Shown: piece after piece, positions 24,063 through 39,100 of the stretch
How positions within the stretch are numbered: the stretch's first letter is position 1
Layout: each line of letters opens with the position of its first letter
Source: Seison nebaliae
Lineage: Eukaryota
NCBI GenBank assembly: GCA_023231475.1
Contig: JALJEE010000343.1
Location: 1-64,000, forward strand
DNA: 64,000 nt
Direction of reading: 5' to 3'
Translations under genes and position numbers: made by a program
The notes under the pieces: generated by a model
Databases searched by the model: none
What the model saw: only the letters and a program-made list of their open reading frames with translations
Told to the model about the DNA's origin: nothing

Positions 24063-27000
24063 GAAGAGAAGTCTGAATGATTTATGATTATTGATTATAT
24101 ATCAGATTTTCTATTGTTAAACAAACAAAAAAAAAGAATCGACGGAAAGAAAGAAAGGAAGAAAGTTAATTTACAAATTTCTTTATCATTTTCTTTGAGT
24201 AGGTTGCTTGGAAAAGAGGATGAGTTGATCGAACATTATGAGAAATCAATTTCATCGCTAAACTTATATATAATATAATTTCCTCTTTAATATACACACA
24301 CAGACATATGGAGAGACATGTAGCTGAGATTCGCCACATATACGTTGAGAATGAATCGGCAGCAAATTAACAATTTTTTTTTAAATAAAAATTTCATTGT
24401 TCTCTTGAGAAATAGTTTCTTATGATGGATGTTCCCTCAAATCTTCATTTAACGAATATACATTAATAATCATATCATTCGTTCGATTATCTCATTTTAT
24501 ATGAGCAGTATCAATCTGCTATTCGTCTCCACTTCTTTAATCTCAAACAATAAACTTTTATCTGTCGATTATTATTTGTTTGATTTATTCGTCCTTATAT
24601 GATTTTACATCCATTTCCTATCGATTCATATCTTCTCATTCAATACACCATCGTCCATTTCCCTCATATGGGTATACATCTTACAGGAAATGTTGACGAT
24701 AAATTCTTTTCTATTGTCCTTCGGTCTCTAAAGAATTTCTTCTATTTCAATTATATTTTGTTGATAATTTTTGGTATTTCTTGAAAATCAATGGAATATG
24801 AGAGTTTAGTGATGGTTTCGTTGTCGGCCATTTTCTCACGCCATTATATATTCGCGAAAATCGATTGTCATTAACTTTTCTTTTCGGTCATTTCCTCAAC
24901 CAACTGGCTCTATTATGAAGATTTTTAAACTTAAAATTTTTATTTATTTTTTTATATGGGCGTCTTAATTCTATAATCGTGATATGTTTTAATCATTTTT
25001 CCATTATTACTTAATTCATCATAAGTAAATATGATAATATGTAGATAGATAGATATGTTATCTTACGATGGTAAACATTGATAATATTGTGACGTGAAAA
25101 CAATTAAACGAAGCGTTAGTGTTGGATTGAACTTCGCACCAATACAAGAGTTGTTGGAAGTTTAAAGATGAATCTTGATTGTGTAATCGATTACAGAAAG
25201 ATATTTCATTCAACCCGTTATCATTTAACATTAACGTTGTGATATTATCGTCCAAAATTCGTTTTTTTAATTTATGATATATATCTGATTGGGATTGGGT
25301 TGCAGAGATTTAAGTTATGGATTTGGTAAATAATTGCAATGTACTATTATTTGCAATGTACATTTAATGAAGATTTGCATGTTCTAGGAAAAATGATGAA
25401 AAAGGAATTTTTCGTATGGTGAAAAGCGAACGAAGAAATTTTTGGTTAACTACTTGGATATCGAGTAAATGATATATTGGGGATTTGAGTGGTTAATTTC
25501 CCGGAATTATCATAGTACATAAGTAAGTATAAATAATAAAGTTGTTTGTGAGTATACTGAGAAATTTGAAGTTTTTAAAGATGATGGAAGTTATTCAATA
25601 CTAATATTGATAATGATATCGTTAGTTTTACCAAAAAAGGTTCGTATATTTATTGTTGTATTATATTGTAAATTCGTATGTTTCACAGAATTATTGACAG
25701 GAACTATGTTTTACTCAAGTTGAACTTGTTGTAATAATTGAATAGCCTTGTTTAATAAAATTCCGTATGATCATCGAAAATCAGAAGGAAGTTAATGGAA
25801 AGAGTTTAGTGCATGGACGGAAGTAATGTAGCATAGCAACTGTTGTTAAGTGAAGAGTGTTCAATCGAAGGTCAACATTTGAATAGAGTATATGGATATA
25901 TGTCGTTATGATTATTCGACCCGGTTCGAGTGGAGGGGGTTGAGTTGTCAGAAGTATGAGAATCAATTTATTGCTTCTTATTCAACTATTGGTATACATA
26001 TTAATATAACTCTCAATAATACCGGTGTTGTATATTGTTGGCAGCATAAAGAAAATAAATAAAATAAAGTAGATTTTTCCGCGATGAGTAAAATAAATTT
26101 AATTAAAATTTATCAGATTATAATGAGTGAATGAAAAATTTATTATATTTCCTTTGAATTCAATGAATTTCAATTTTGGACTATATATGATATGCGAAAC
26201 AATAGCATAATATTAGCGCAATATTATTGAAGACAAATATCCATCTTCCATTATGAAGTGGCAGGAAATAAACTATTCCACCATTTGTATCATGATATTT
26301 ATGGGAGACGATGAGATATAAGAAAAATGGAAGAAAGAGGAATTAATTGAATTAAATAATAATATTTTTTGTGCGTGGAGATGATTTGATATTAACAACA
26401 TCAAAATTTTGTGTGTATATTAAAGAAAAATAAAAAAATAATTCGATCAATTATCTTCATATGTAATTTCCTATAGTGTTTACAGTCAACATTTATTATT
26501 CTTTTATGGTGGACGATATGATCGTGAGACATTCTATATGAAAGAAACCCATTTGAAAGAATTCCGTACGAACAACACCCAATAATTTTATTGCAATTTA
26601 TCCATCTGTTCTCCTCTCATCTTGAACAATGCCTTCACGTACGTCAATGCTACTAAACTCTTCACACGTATTAATAATTCTCCTTCAACCGGATAATTAT
26701 AGATAGAAACACTGTAGTGCTATAGAGGACGGGTATAGGATATACGTGAAATGCTTCTATTGAAGATAAATAAATAAAAAAACTCGACGCGAGAATGTTC
26801 TTTCGTTTGATTACATAATTATGTTACATTTGAATGATAAAATAATTTTAGTTTGCTATTCAAATACTGGGGTGTGCACGAGTGTAGTACCACACGTGTA
26901 GAGGATGATATATGTTTAGTGGATTGAAGACTTTAAAAATAACTAGAGGACGGTAAGGAGGAATGTCAGAAGTTTTCTCTACTAGTGAAATTTTATTTTA

Positions 27001-27275
27001 TTTCTACTTTCTTCATTACGCTGTGTTCCAACTTTCAAATGATCAATCAATTATTTAATTTTTAATTCACAATTTACTCAAACTATCAAAGAGATCATCT
27101 AACTCTTTGGCAACTTAATATTTCGTAATATAATTTATCATTTCTTCTACCTTTATATCAAATTTAATTACAATAATAACAATTAGAATAGACAACCACT
27201 GGTGATGAATCAATCAATCGAATAACTAAATATTCCATATCAGCTCCAAATAAAATATTAATACAAACGATAAGA

Positions 27276-30200
27276 ATGAGCGACATCGTTAATGAAATTC
27301 AGCGGCTCTTCTCCGACTACGTAGAGAAAACCACGAGCATAATCAATGAGCTAAGTTCAAATGGAAATACGTCGACATATGAGCCACAATGGCAGAATCC
27401 AAACAATCTAATAATTTCGGGCATTATTCTTCTAATAACTTCATTCTTCATTATTCTCATATTGATCATATGGAGAAGAAAGAGACGCAATCGCAGTTGT
27501 CATAAAATGGAAGCCATATCGAATAAAACAGATGAAAAGAAAATGATGATAAAAAAAGGTTATTATAATTCTTTTAATGGTTGTCTTTTTGGTGTTCTTA
27601 CGTATCTCATCTTCATTCACATATGTCCTAATTTTTCCTTAAATCACTTCTGTTAGATAACCCAATTGTTTGGGGACAGCTTAACTCTCATACTAATTCT
27701 ACATTGATATTATTGAGAAAATAGACACTTTTTTACTTTATGTTTTATATTTGTTTTTTACAATTGACTTACAAGTGTTCTAGACTTGTTAGAGTTTTGG
27801 GTGTTAGTCGTTTATGTAACAGAGGAAAACCGAATTTAAACGAAAATCCAATAAACATTTTTGACGGATAGGATATTGTTGGAATATATTTTTCTTTCGT
27901 CATCTGAATATAAATCTGAAGACAAATTTACCCGAACCTATTTAGATCAGAATCTTAAAAACTCAACGACTTAGAAATTTGAGGAGCGATTGTCCTTTGG
28001 AACGATTGTCGCGTAACCCCGAAAATTCATTAGATGAGATGATATCGGATATATAACTGTATATAAGTCCTTGATGACATGATAGATAAAAACTTTTCTT
28101 CTTCATATAATTCATTCTCGTTAATGAATATTTTGGATGTAAAGATAGAATGCATTTATTTAGCTAAAGATATTTCACTATTAATATATTTTTATGTAAA
28201 GAAATTACTCAAAATTAATGTGCATAACAATATTTCTATTCTTTTCTCATCTATCTATTTTTTTACTCATTTCTATATTCTGCCCAATAAAGTCATGGTA
28301 TGAGAATATAAATTTAGTTAGAAAGAAATGTACAAAATAGGGATGTTTGGGTAATATTTTGGGATATTAATCTATGGAATGATGAGATTGAACTAATTTA
28401 TGGAATAACAAATAATATTTTGACCGAATGATGATTGTTCATTTTTCTAATTTTCATTCTTTTTTTGTAGTGGTGGAAGAAGATGGGCAACATGAGAAGG
28501 AATATCCGTACGATGAACATATCGACAATTTAGAATCAAACATTAACCATCAAGAGAAATATTGGAGAAAAAGGAACACATTAGTTAATAGTGAAAGAGT
28601 CGAAGAAGGTGAAGAAGTAAAGTTGAATAATCAAGAGTCATTAGGGAGGAGAAGTGGAGAGGAGAGGAATGAAGAATCATTAAAGATGGACATGGACGAC
28701 AAGAGAATGAGTGAGATGAAATGTGAGGGCAGTCAAATTAATATGGAAGATGTAAATCCGTTTGATGGTGAAAGGGAGACGAATTGGAATGATAAAAGAA
28801 ATGGGAATAATGGAAATAGACAACAAACAAATATGAATAATAATGAGAAAGAAGAGAATAAAGAAGAATTATATGAAGAGAAGTCATGTGAAAATCATTA
28901 TCATAATAATAATTATAATAATAAGAACAATATTTATAGTAAGAATAATCAGATAGAAGAGAATATGCATAATGATGGCATGAACAAGAACGCTGAACAA
29001 AAACTGAAGATTCGTCCTACATATTCCGTTCTTGTATTACCAAGTGACGAGCAATCGGACAAATTAGTCGAGCCACTAGTGAAAGATGACTCATCAGCGA
29101 TGAAACGTAGTCATAGTTTACCATCAAGTCTAGAAAGTGATAAAAGATCGTCTCACGAAGACACTGATGATGATGTTGATGAAGTGTTAAATGTCGAAAT
29201 TCCACTGAGTCGTCTCCATTCATCGTCGACGAATCAGTCACCCCAAACAAAACAAGATACCAAAATGAATTTGTTGATTGAGAATGATACTAGTTATTAT
29301 GAGAATGGGAAGAATGTGAAGGAGGATGATGATGAAGAAGAAGATAAAAAAGAATACCATCATTCACGATCTTATCTTAGGAAAACGGATGAAATCAAAT
29401 TGGTTGATGAGATAGTCAATCAATATCCGTCAGAGTCGAAGGATATTTCAACTTCAACACGAAATGATGAATCGATGAATCAACCGGAAATCAGACATCG
29501 TAATATCCAGTCGTCATATTGTCAGAAAGAACATTCTCCAGATTATTTCCATAAACAAATGATTGATGTCAATCATTTACATAAAAATCCAAGGAATGCA
29601 AATTGGGAGAAGAACATTGAACAGAATGTATCATCTCCAAGAATAATTTTAACAAAAGAAACATTCCCAATAACAACAACAACAACAACTGGGACGACGA
29701 CTTATAGTGAATTTGATAATAAAAGGAATGAAACAAATCATTTATTGAATAATATCGATGAAAATTTAATTAATCAAGTACGATTACGTCCAAAACGAAC
29801 AACATTTCAAAATTCTAATGAGACATATCAATCTAGGAAAGAAAAATCAGAGAATACGATGAACAATACGATAGCCGATACCTTACGAAGTACAACGAGA
29901 TCTTTAGGGATTTCACCGATTCGATCTTGTCTATATAGTCAACCATCACCATCCCGTTATTCGAATTATGCGAGAGTTAATGATTATTCTAATCGATATA
30001 CATTCTGTTCAAATTATTACAATACTTCTCCTTATCGTTCTCCACAATTCACACCCATTCACACAAGAAGAACACCGTCACCGCCCATTATCAATAATCG
30101 AGTCCACACATTCCGTTCGCTGATACCAGAACACATCCTCCGTCATCGCACTCGACCATCGACTGGAATATCGACAGGAACATCATTTACACCGAAACCG

Positions 30201-30413
30201 ACGTTAATACCATCTCCTCAACAATATATACCACCTTCAATAACGAAAGCGGTGGGAGCTAAAGGTGAATATCTTCACAGGACTTTCGAGCGTCATCGAC
30301 CTGCTAGTATCTATTCAAGGACATTGAACTCGTCAATGAGTAATCAAACGAGAATGAAAAAACCGTCACAACCTCCAATCAGTAACATGGATCGATATAG
30401 ACTAGTCAATTAA
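27276..30413 (+). CDS. Hypothetical single-pass membrane protein with a long disordered cytoplasmic tail (2 exons)
   Basis: Exon 1 (27276-27558) encodes a TM segment, IISGIILLITSFFIILILIIW, followed by RRKRR. The phase-1 donor G|GTTATT at 27559 matches the phase-1 acceptor TTTTTTGTAG| at 28470, leading into the 661-aa ORF frame. Confidence 0.65.
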
Positions 30414-32273
30414 TAAAAATCAAAAAACAAAGTTTAACAACATCTCAATAAGAATGAAATGATAAAACTTATAAGTATGTAATCTCCTCACCAAATTTGG
30501 GATGACGATATGAAGTCATTTTGTCTCCCCCAAACATTTTGAGGAGATGATATTTATTAGTCGATTATTAAATAGTTTTCTTCTTTTTAACCACCCCCCT
30601 CAAAACAAATCTTTAACCATTTTAACTCGATTCTTTTTTAACAATAACTTTCTTCGAACAGCTTCATATATCAATATTTTGATCGACCAACTTATTGATT
30701 TATTTATCAAGTCAATAATCTAAGAATTTTACGAAACAATTTTTCGAATTTATTCTTTCCTTTCGCGAATTATTGGAATGTACGTAACTTCCACCGGTTT
30801 CAATTATATCTTTCTGAGAGCTTTCTTCCTTTTTCGAAAAAAATTATATTTGAGTAACCGAAATTTTATTTTCTTAATTAACGATAAGAATTCGTCCAAC
30901 ACTTATTATCTTTTTACATTTTTCTTTTCCGTTAACATTCTGTGGTTTTCAATAGAAATTATTTATTGAATGTATCCGTAAATTTTCCAGACCTGCACTC
31001 GCATATACCAAATATCGTTTATTTATCATCATGTGCACATCACCGATAGTCTCTTCAACTATCTTCTTTTTCTCTTTCAAATAAATTATACAACAATAAT
31101 AGAGACAACTTCCAAGTGCATTAATTCTCTCCGTTCGTCATTTGCCGTTCCCTTCATTTCCGTCAAAAGTATAATTTCCTGATATCTAAACAAAGAGCAG
31201 TTGGAATGATATTCGACACAAATGATGTGGTTGGTGGTGACTAAGGGAGAAAGTAACAAGGTGGAACTGATGTACGAAAGATCTGACTGTCCTCCCAACA
31301 TTTTTACAAAACACTGATAATTGTAACGATAATAAGGAGAACATCAACAGAGGAGATTGTGCAGTTATCATCATAGGAATAACAAGAATAATGTTATTAG
31401 ACTCAATGAGATGTTCATCTCCTTTCTACATTGTGAACTCAATGCGTTACATCTACAACCGGATGGCATATACTGTAGTAGTTGTTGTATTAGAACAAAT
31501 ACGAAGAAGGAAAACATTCGAAGAATTGTACGGTGCCGATGAAAACTGATGAATAAAAGACATTAAAACGTTACATGTACATGTAGATTATTTCGTAAAC
31601 CGAATAATTATATAATGAATAGATGGATAGACAATTATTTTCATTTATTTGTTGTGCAACTAATTTTGTGAAGGATTGCGCACTCCTCAATATATGAGAG
31701 CAGAAGATTATGATGAATATAATTTGGAGAAGAAAGTTTTCATCTGATAATCATTTTTAATGGAGAGACTGAAAACGGTAGAAAGTGCCTACAAGCATTT
31801 ATTAGAGAAATAGAGATAAGTTGCCAGTTCGCAAATCGACGTTACCTATAACGGTATTATGCCGCGTCTTCCCTTCAATCATTCGCTACTTACCTGCCGC
31901 TGAAAATTTTAAAAAAGAAACATGAAGTCCCCATTCTCCACCCCTCAACTACTGCATCTTCTTTATTTCCATGTTGCTTAATTAGGTTTTCTTCCTACGT
32001 TCCTTTTCCTTCCTCTGATGTGGTAGATACAAATGTAAGTTATTTGAGGGAAGGACATATCGATTATTGCAGACGGAAGATTAAACCTATACGGCACTAC
32101 AGATGATTAATGGAGAAAAGAAGAAGGAAAATTGATGAATACATTACACATTTAAATAACTAATGAATTAGACATTCTTAACCGGACAAGAAACATACGA
32201 GAAACATAATTCTGAAATCAAATAATCAATCAATATCATAACAACAACATTTCACTTCTAATCTGGTGGTCAA

Positions 32274-32735
32274 ATGACAATTCAGCAGATTAATAATATT
32301 TTCGCTTATTATGGAACTCTTTTTTTCATCATCATCTTACTCATTTATCTCTTCGTTACTTTCTTCGGAGATATCCCAAAAAACGTACCTGAAACCACCA
32401 CAGAAGAATCGTCGAGTATCAGTAAAATTAATACCGATCCCATACCACAATCAAAATATTTCGATAATATTATTTCACCACCACAACAAATCAGATTTAA
32501 TCCCATTAACATTCTCCATAAGAATGAAAAGGATCTTAGTGGTTCTTCATCCGATTCTATTAAGTTGAACGTTCGAATTCGTCAAATTGCTCGGCATTCC
32601 TCAATACCTACCAGTTTCGATACAAATTTACAAACCGATGAAAATCAAAACCATAAGAACGATATCGATAATAACGGATACAATAACAATAATAATTATA
32701 ATAATAATAATAATAGTAATAATAATAGTAATAAT

Positions 32736-32766
<31 letters not shown>

Positions 32767-35655
32767 GTAGTAATAATGACATAAGATTTAGAAGAACAGG
32801 AACATTGCATATTCAACAAACGAAATTTCGTCGTCATAATATTTCTATCCCAACTACAGTCGCTTATTCGTCGGAATTGTCAAAACCGGAAATAACAGGT
32901 CAAACTCCGTTGGTGGAAAAATGTCCATCTCGAACAAAACAATCGAACGATAGTGCGGTGAGATGTTCAACTCCATCATCTTCATATTCTATCAAATTGA
33001 ATGAAGAATATTCAGTGGGAACTGAATGTCGAAGTACATCTGATAATATATCGATCGATTTGAAAACGAGAAGTAATTTCGGATATTCTCCATCACCACC
33101 TCAAATTTCCATTAACGATGAATCGAAGAATCGACGGGAAGATACACATAAATCATTATCATCAATCAAAATTATGGGGGAAACCGATTCATCAAGTTCG
33201 ATGCAACAAGACTCATTAACATTAAAACCGAAAGGATCATTAAATGAACATCAATTGAAATTGAAAGATTTCTCTTCAATGTTAGAGATTAATGAGAAGA
33301 TTAATAAAAGAAGACCGTCCAGTACCAATCCTTTCCGAAGAATTCCCTCAATTTCTTTCCAGTTCCGTCGTCGTTCATCGAGAACGAATGTGGCAATTGA
33401 AAAAATTAAAGGATTTGCTAAGGCAACAACAGATATCGCCTTAGCCACATCTTATAACATAGCGACGGAATTACAAGAGAAAATTAATTCTAATTCGATT
33501 CATGATGCGGATTTATATATTAATGAACACTTATCAACGATCCCCAGATCGCGAATGGTCTTCTCTCAAATGAATAATCAGAATTCAATGAATGGACCAA
33601 ATACTCCCATCAGAAATAAGAGTGTGGCTGATTCTTTAGTATTAACTGATACGAATAGTTCGATAGATGATTCATATTCATCAACTTTACCATCATCTGG
33701 TATGACAATGATGAGATCTTTAAATGAGAATGAAATGAAAAAGGAACGAAAACCAACTCGTTTCCAACGAATGTTGAAAACGAAAGTGGAAAAGAAACCG
33801 ATAACCATGTCAGCGACGAAAGAGAAACATCGTCGCATGTTCGAAGTGAAAGAGCCAACACTAATCGAACCAGACGCCATCGATGTAACACCATATTGTT
33901 ACGCGCAATCCATTGGAGAGATTTATAAGAAAGTTCAAAATTTAACAAATCAACATACGAATGAAAATGAAATGAGTCAACAAATCTCCACGAAGAAAAG
34001 CGACACAAACGATAGTTTAAGTTTAAATACTCGTTCGTCATTTGACGCTACTGAATCATTAAAATCTGATGTGAGTCATAGTGAGAAGATGAATATTATT
34101 TTAGAAATTTTCGAATTGATCAATTGGATTGCAACTCATCACAGTAAATCGGTTGTGGAACAAATTTGTCAAACTGTTTTTTTATTTATTTTCTTTCCAT
34201 TTATATTTGTCAATTTATTTTTCAGTTTTCTACTCATGAAACAACGAATTTATGCGAGAAACAATTAATATTCGATGATATCCTCTTGGCAACACGTCCA
34301 TTAATCACTGAAGTCTTACCAATAACCACTTATGAAACTGATATTCATCCTTCAATTGTTTCCCTCCATTCTTTCATTTGATGAACGATATTTTTTTGTA
34401 GAAATTCACTTGTATGGTCGATATGAGTGATGTAACATTCCACTTACATTTGCATAATAATGTAGATGGAGAAACTAATTATTGTCATATATACGTACCA
34501 AGATTATATGCACAAGTTTATTTTTTTTTGTGCACATATTCTTTATAATCAATTCAAATCTTGTCAATTATTCGGATTGTTTTCTGTTAGGCAAACTGTT
34601 CATTGAATTATATTAAATCGAAAGAAGATGTTGAAGAAACGTCTTCTTTGAAAATTATTGTGAACTTTACTACCATTGAAAAATTTGATTTCATTATACA
34701 AAATATCGTTAATTTTCAATTTCATTAACGAAAACATTTCAGTATTTATCAAACTCTTTGTCTGCAGATGGATAGAGATACGAGAAAGTTTATCCAAACT
34801 AATTTTGATGAACAAATTAGAAGACGGGAACATATAGTCATCTTATCCACAAAAATGGTTTTTCCTTACTAAAATTTCAAACTAATTTAAGACGTTTATA
34901 ATTCGACAGAGGAATGATAAAGAATATAGTCTACCTTGGAATATGAATCAAACGAAGACGATCAATATCGAAATTAGTGATTGTCAAAATATTCCAGAAT
35001 GTTCAATTTTTAATTTATTTTCTTATTCAACATTTCAATTCTTATTCGTCAGTTATAACGATGATGTCTTGTATAGTCACATATGAGCAACAAGTTCTTA
35101 CAACGATAAAAAAATGTCCAATTGATAATCAAATTATTTGGAATGAATCGATGTCATTGTTAGAAATCACTTCGTAAATATTCGATTAATTGAATATGCA
35201 AATTATTTCAATAGTTCATTAAATTCAAAGAAACGTTCGACTATTAATGTGAAATTGTCTTATTTGACTTATGGAATGATAATGGAAAAGAAATTTGAAG
35301 AATTAAGAATTCCATCGAATGATTTGAAAAATCAATATAATCTCACTTTCGTCCTTGAAGAAAATAAACCGGTGATCCTAAATTTAAAAGTTTCTACTTC
35401 TTTCCTTTCAAAACATATGACATCTCATTTTCAATCGATAGATAACACAATTATGCCAGAATCAGGAGAGACGATATTCAGTGAAGGATGCAAATTCAAG
35501 TTAGCATACATTTAATTAATTAAAGAGTGGCAATGAATTTTTTGAAAGATGATAGTCATAATACAAATGAGGAAAGGATGAATGATATTAGGAAACGGAA
35601 TATGTTCCTCGGAATTGTAGTTCATTCTATGGAATCTATTAATTCCCATATGTAA
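32274..35655 (+). CDS. N-terminal TM + disordered region + SMP-like and C2-like domains; C2CD2/TMEM24-like (about 10 exons)
   Basis: TM segment YYGTLFFIIILLIYLFVTFFG. Nine short GTT..AG introns from 34176 to 35548 keep one open frame through INIEISDCQNIPE...CIVTYEQQVLTT...IIWNESMSFSL...INVKLSY (C2-like strand pattern). The family call is inferred from architecture only. Confidence 0.55.
32682..32778 (+). repeat. (AAT)n microsatellite encoding poly-Asn
   Basis: An aataataat run in frame within the ORF starting at 32274. Confidence 0.9.
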
Positions 35656-35921
35656 GTCTTTGAAGTAAATTCGATTGGTGAGAATTGGAAGGAATAACTG
35701 CTTTTCTTTTGATTCTGAAATATTCCATATAAATTTCTACAATTATCGCCATGCCATAATTTGTGCTTTTATTTCCATTAAAAAAAATGCATGACAATAT
35801 TGAATGTCGGTGGGTTGGAAGTCTGATGAGAAATGATTTGATTCCCAAATTATCAATTTTACGAATTGCCATTGCCATAATTGTTTTTTGAAATGTCCAA
35901 TACACTTTCTTTCTCATTTAG

Positions 35922-36115
35922 ATGATTTCTCATTGATTCCGGTTAAGCGAGATGAAGAATTTTATCGATGGGCTGCTCTAATCACCACATACGACGAGAA
36001 GACTAAACCAAGATTATCGTTGCGTCAGAAGAAGAAACGTTCGTCAATCATTTCGAAAACGAAAAGATCATTTACTCCCAAACGCCAACGCCAACCGGAA
36101 CGACAACTTACATAG
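35922..36115 (+). CDS. Candidate alternative terminal exon of the C2CD2-like gene, encoding a polybasic tail
   Basis: Strong acceptor CACTTTCTTTCTCATTTAG| in phase 1, compatible with the donor at 35500; encodes ...KPRLSLRQKKKRSSIISKTKRSFTPKRQ. Confidence 0.45.
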
Positions 36116-39100
36116 TAGGTCGCTGTGTTTTATCTCGTTTACATTGAAATAAATTACGAAAAGCTCGTTTGAAATGACGATTAAGGAAGGCATATAAACA
36201 CGGATTTATTCCCGATGATGAATAACCTAGCCAAGTTAAACCGTAAAATATATCTTGTGACAATCGATAATCGTTCACAAAATAATTAGGAAACGTCACA
36301 TATATGGCCATCAGTGTGAAGAAGGGCAGATAAAGTAGAATGAAAACCACCAAAACTATCATTAATGTTTGTTGAGCTTGTAATTCTCTAGCCCGAATAC
36401 CTGACGTTCGCGTACGATGTGATCTTCTCAATTTAGCAAAAGAACTTCTTAAAGATTTTTTAAATTTTTTCTTCATTTGCCATTCACCACCATCGCCGTC
36501 TCCAGTTGGAGGTAGAAGACTTGTACAACTTTTTAAATTCCTTTGATTCTTCCTTAACGTGTCGTTCGATTTACCACAGTCGCCAATACTCTCCACTTGG
36601 ACTTTTTTCGATAGTTTATCCGAATATTTCCGACGGATTGTCAATGCATTTTCGTTGCTTTTGTTCGATAATAAAACTTCAGATTTCGATCGATACCTCG
36701 TCAATATGATGGGAAGTAACGGTTGTATTTTCAATGAATTACTATCTTTTGATGATTTCTTACTATTCTCTTGAACACTCTCTTGTTTCTCATTAATCTC
36801 CGAATTTGTTATCGACACCTTTTTACTGAGAACCTCAGATTCTTCGTCAATATCCGAAGTAATCTGTTTCCGATTCTCCACAATTGACGATGCAGTTAAG
36901 GGATTGGAAGAAGTTGAGCTTAAAAATTTTCGGTTTTGTTTCAAAAATTTCCATTTAGACAATCCCACATTTAACAATGTCCCTCGAGAATTTCTTGATT
37001 CTCGAGGAGAAGTTCTCGTTGAGATTCGATTAGTGTCATCACAATCAATAATAATATATTCTTTACTATCTGATTGAGATATTTGGGAAGGAGTTGTGTC
37101 CTTTATCGTTCGATAAAGTGTACAATTATGAAAAAGTCGATTCTTTCGACTTAAAATCAATTTTCGATAAGCTGATTTGTTTCTTCCCTGAAGTGAATTC
37201 TTAGAAATTAAACGTCGATGTGAAACTTTCGATGGAAATCCTTCATAGAACGAATATACGTTCTTCCCCGGAAACATATAACCGATGAACTGGAGAAATA
37301 AATCTTTAGAACTGACAATTTCAACATATTTCTTCATGTTCTCCGAAAGAATGGTCGAATAATGAATATTCTTCACTTCGTCTAACACCGCTGGCATTGA
37401 TGGAACATCAGTTAATTGTGTTGGGCATTTCTCTTCATTTACAAAGAACTTTTGAGAATTATTATCTTCATTCGATAATTTCGTTATATCTTCAGATGAT
37501 GAAGCATTTTTTATCGATTCCACCATCGATTTATTCGTTAGTTTATTGACTTGTGGTGGTGTACTCAAACTAATCTTCCCATAAGTCGAAAGAGTCAACA
37601 TGTTATTCTTATCAATCAATGACGTCTCAATTGTTGGAATAATGGAATCTTTATTCGTCACATAATGAAATGGAGATTTTTCATTAATCGACGAATCGTC
37701 ATATTTTCGACTGGACTGAATCAGATTATTATAACCTGTTGTGACATTCGATAAATTAGTGGAAGTGGAAGAATTTTTTTGATCAATTGGACATTTCATT
37801 AAATTGGGATTAGGATATGTGTTCTGAGAGGGAGATTTTGGCATTGACAATTGAAGTAATTGTCGACTTTCTTTCAATGTGCTGGATCTCATACGTCGAG
37901 AGCCCAATTGATTCGATCTCAACAAATTCAACCATTTTTTCACTTTCATTTTACTGAACTTGAATTTTTTCGATCCATATTGAACCGAATTTTGAATATT
38001 CAAAAACAATTCCTCTTTGACTAATAATGTTATGTCGTCAGATTGACTGCGGAAACTGGTGAATGGTGTCGTATTACAATTTGTTGACTTCTTCAAATTA
38101 ATACGTTTAATTGGCGATTGATCACTACATTTCATGAGATTAATCATTGGAAGTAAAATTAATTTTCGTTGATAACAAATTGAATAATATTTCAAATGAT
38201 CATCTTCCGGTTTCAATAATCGGACAAGTTCGTCACAGTTATAACATAATCGATATTGAACATATTGTTCATATATCATCTCATAATAACATAATTGACA
38301 TCGTTCATCCATTATACTTTCGATTTGTTCGTCAGTTAAACTTTGACGTCGATCGACTGCTGATGACGAATGTCGAAGACATCGATATAATTCACATTCG
38401 GTATGACATGAGATTGATGGTCTCATTCCTCTTGTCATCATTTGTTCACTTCCCATTTTCCCAATTTCTATCAGATACATAGAACAATTAGTTTTAATAT
38501 CATTATCACTATCTATCGGAATATTTTGCCGCTTAAACGGTTTCCGTACAATACTACCGCGCTTCATATTGACGTCTGGATGACGAAGTTTTCTTATGGC
38601 ATTTTGCCAACGACTTTCTTGTGATTTAGCATGATATAATTTATGAAGTGATAAATGACTTCCAGTTGCATTAGAAGCATTCATTGATGGGAAAATCTCT
38701 TCACTTTGATTCACTTCTTCTGATTTCCTCGAAATATTTATTAACGGAATCGTATCGATAATCGGCTCGAGACTTAACGGCTGTACTATAAACTCTTTTA
38801 TTTCCGTCACTTCACCATTATTCAATGACTGTTTATTATTTGTTAGAGTATTATGACAATAACAACTGTCATCTTGCAATGCATTTAATCGATTAATAAA
38901 TTCGGAGCATTGTCGAATTTCTGTGGACATAACAGGATCGAATTGACATTTGGATGCACGTCGTTTATTCGAATAAAGATTATGTTTCGCTAAGATTGAT
39001 CGAAAAGTTATCTTTCTCGATCCATCACCGTTTAGATTGCTGTTATTATTAATGAGATTATTCATATTCATCTGCAAATTATTATTCGTTCCATCACCAT

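Noticed and set aside
24950..25970. Possible decayed LINE reverse-transcriptase fragment on the minus strand (LDD..., LLYWC...FN.CFHV)
   Set aside because: The resemblance is faint, with no intact motif or long ORF; it needs a RepeatMasker/tBLASTx search.
31887..31896. TACTTACCTG, identical to the 5' end of U1 snRNA
   Set aside because: No U1 stem-loops, 70K/U1A loop motifs or Sm site follow. It is a chance match or an isolated minus-strand CAG|GTAAGT with no exon I can support.
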